A DNA stretch of 64,000 nucleotides, taken from the NCBI RefSeq assembly GCF_009914755.1, contig NC_060942.1. One strand, written 5' to 3'. Position 1 is the first letter of the stretch. Each line of letters opens with the position of its first letter. The notes beneath the pieces were generated by a model, which saw only the letters and a program-made list of their open reading frames with translations, was not told where the DNA came from and made no database searches. Made by a program: the position numbers and the translations under genes. Shown piece by piece: positions 62,113-64,000 of this stretch. This DNA comes from the human T2T-CHM13v2.0 reference genome, Homo sapiens.

Positions 62113-62420
62113 CTAACCATCACAGAGCACGTGCCACTTGGCAATTTGTCTCCTGGGGTAGTCACAGATCTCTTTCCAGTGCTCTCCACCAGTTCCTTCT
62201 GCTGCTGCACCCAAGACTAACTGCCCGATTACCTCATTTCGGGACCCCCTTTCAGAATCCAAAACCAAAAATTCAACACTTATATCTTCAAGGCCCTCAC
62301 AAGGAATATCAAAGACAAACAGCTCATTGAACACTGCATTGGGGGTGCATTTCTTCACATGAGTCTTCTTCTTGGAGATTCTCTTTTTGGCATGGTACAG
62401 GTTCACTTTGACATAGGGAT
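62113..62420 (-). CDS. SYT4: Synaptotagmin-4, last coding exon (C2B domain C-terminal part)
   Basis: (D)PYVKVNLYHAKKRISKKKTHVKKCTPNAVFNELFVFDIP...QIAKWHVLCDG*: polybasic C2B strand and terminal WHxL motif. Acceptor ctgcAG at 62421-62422, phase 1 matching the upstream exon. Confidence 0.97.
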
Positions 62421-63099
62421 CTGCAGTGGAACATAACAGGCATTACAATGGCATAACTGGGCTGGAGAGCTGATATCAAGATAACAGTGCCCTTAGAGAT
62501 CATGGCATGCCAATGACATGTGGTTACCAGGAAAATAAGTCAAAACAACAGAAAAATATGGATAAAACTTGGCATTTCTCTTGTCAACAGAATTGAAAAT
62601 AAGGAAGAATATGGAAAATAAGAGAAAAAAGTTCTAAATTAGAGAATAAGGGAAAAAATTAATGATAGGAAAAGAAGTAACACAAAAGGAAAGAAAATAG
62701 AATGTTCTATGGACCCATTCTGATTACTATTAACTTACTCCAGAGAATAGGATAGAAGGAAAAAAATATATTAGACAACATGTAGCTTTACTGACTTGTA
62801 TGACTTTGGGTGAGTCTATTTCCCTGACTTTTGGCTGTGTTTTCCATCGAATGAGGATTTAGAGTCCACAATGGCAATATTCTTTTTAGTTTTAACTTTT
62901 ATGAATTTCTTTAGTCACAGGCTGGATTTGCTTTCTGTTTCCTAGTGTTGAGCTTCTCTGTGTCATTGTTAGTATGTAGATTTTAAGTTCATGCTACTTT
63001 ATCACAATTACTTTTGCCTTTTTCTGGTGGCACCATATGAGTTAATTTTAGCTTCACAATCTAATCTTTTAAGACCATGTTTTCAACTCCCATCATTAA

Positions 63100-63300
63100 A
63101 TAATAATAATATTATTAGATGATATCTGAAGAAGTATGTATTTCTAGTTCTCACAAGGCCCCTCAGGATGAGTAGCATTATGTCCAGTTTGTACAGTTTA
63201 AGAAACATACCCAATCATATTTTGCTAGTGAATGGAAGGGTTAGGATTTGAACTCAGGTAATTTTAAACTGTAGCTTATTTTGTTTCTCATTGTGCTATA
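63100..63300 (-). mobile_element. MIR in the last SYT4 intron
   Basis: gctagtgaatggaagggttaggatttgaactcagg. Confidence 0.6.
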
Positions 63301-63483
63301 CAACATAAAATTGGCGTTTTGTTTCATTTTTTGTAAAGCTAGTCATAAAACTAAAAGCTAACTTTTATAGCAGATACATAAGGTATTAGAGAAAAGATAG
63401 AAGAGTAAGAGTAGGTGGGCTCATTTGCAGTCAAATACATTCCAATCATACAGTGAATCTGAATATTTCAGAAGCATTCTTAC

Positions 63484-63604
63484 CTGAAAGTCCGGACACA
63501 TCAGATTTAGGCAGATGTCGAGCTTTTAAGACAACCACAGTTAGAGTGTTTGTGGTGGACTGATAGCAGAGAGAGATCAGTAACTCACCCCGTCCTGAAG
63601 ACTT
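63484..63604 (-). CDS. SYT4: Synaptotagmin-4, penultimate coding exon (121 nt, start of C2B)
   Basis: [40 protein letters not shown](D); acceptor ttctctttctgcAG, donor CAG|GTAAGA. Joins in frame to give SDPYVK. Not in the ORF track. Confidence 0.97.
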
Positions 63605-63790
63605 CTGCAGAAAGAGAAATGTGATATAAGTATTTCTATCTTTTTAACTTTGAAGTGTGTACTTTCATTAAAGTTTAAATAACATCGTCATTTAAATATA
63701 ATCTTACTTATTTTTATTTTAATATTCTAAGGAATTGAAGAGTAACTAAAAGCTTTTGAGCAGTACCATCGCTGCTTGAAAAACCACTGC

Positions 63791-63822
63791 CTGCCATCTT
63801 GTGGTCTTGTTTGGTACTACAG
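63791..63822 (-). promoter_or_regulatory. Candidate CTCF site with core and upstream motif
   Basis: Minus strand CTGTAGTACC-AAACAAGA-CCACAAGATGGCAG. Confidence 0.65.
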
Positions 63823-64000
63823 GAAGTTAAAATTGGCAATAAATTGGCCACACCCATTACTTAGAAATGTTTAAAGGATATTTAAATTATATCCTACACA
63901 GGATTATTTTTGGCTTTTGGTTTTTAATAACATCTCTACTTTTCAAAGTTATTAATAGTAATAAAGCTTATCTAATTCTTTGCATGAGTATGTGTTGGGT

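Noticed and set aside
62401-62406. Start codon assigned by the ORF track to the 97-aa ORF
   Set aside because: It is an internal GTG (Val); the real exon begins at the acceptor at 62420.

Overview
AT-rich, CpG-depleted primate (very likely human) genomic DNA. The only protein-coding sequence I can support is the 3' end of SYT4 (synaptotagmin-4) on the minus strand: the last two coding exons (63484-63604 and 62113-62420, C2B domain) and a ~2.45 kb 3'UTR ending near an AATAAA at 59682-59687. The other ~59 kb is downstream intergenic DNA dominated by transposon relics: 12 Alus, a TSD-flanked near-full-length L1PA7-like element, two 5'-inverted L1PB1-like elements, an internally deleted end-to-end L1MA-like element, a complete MSTC-type MaLR provirus, solo LTRs, MER2, MADE1, MIR and L2. 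Almost all ORF-track entries are repeat-derived. I found no convincing new biological system. The best leads are an open ORF0-like frame and antisense promoter in the L1PA7 pointing into the SYT4 3'UTR, a bipartite CTCF motif in a SYT4 intron, a chimeric AluS/AluY without TSD, and several unusual L1 rearrangements. Subfamily names come from remembered consensus sequences and need RepeatMasker/Dfam confirmation.
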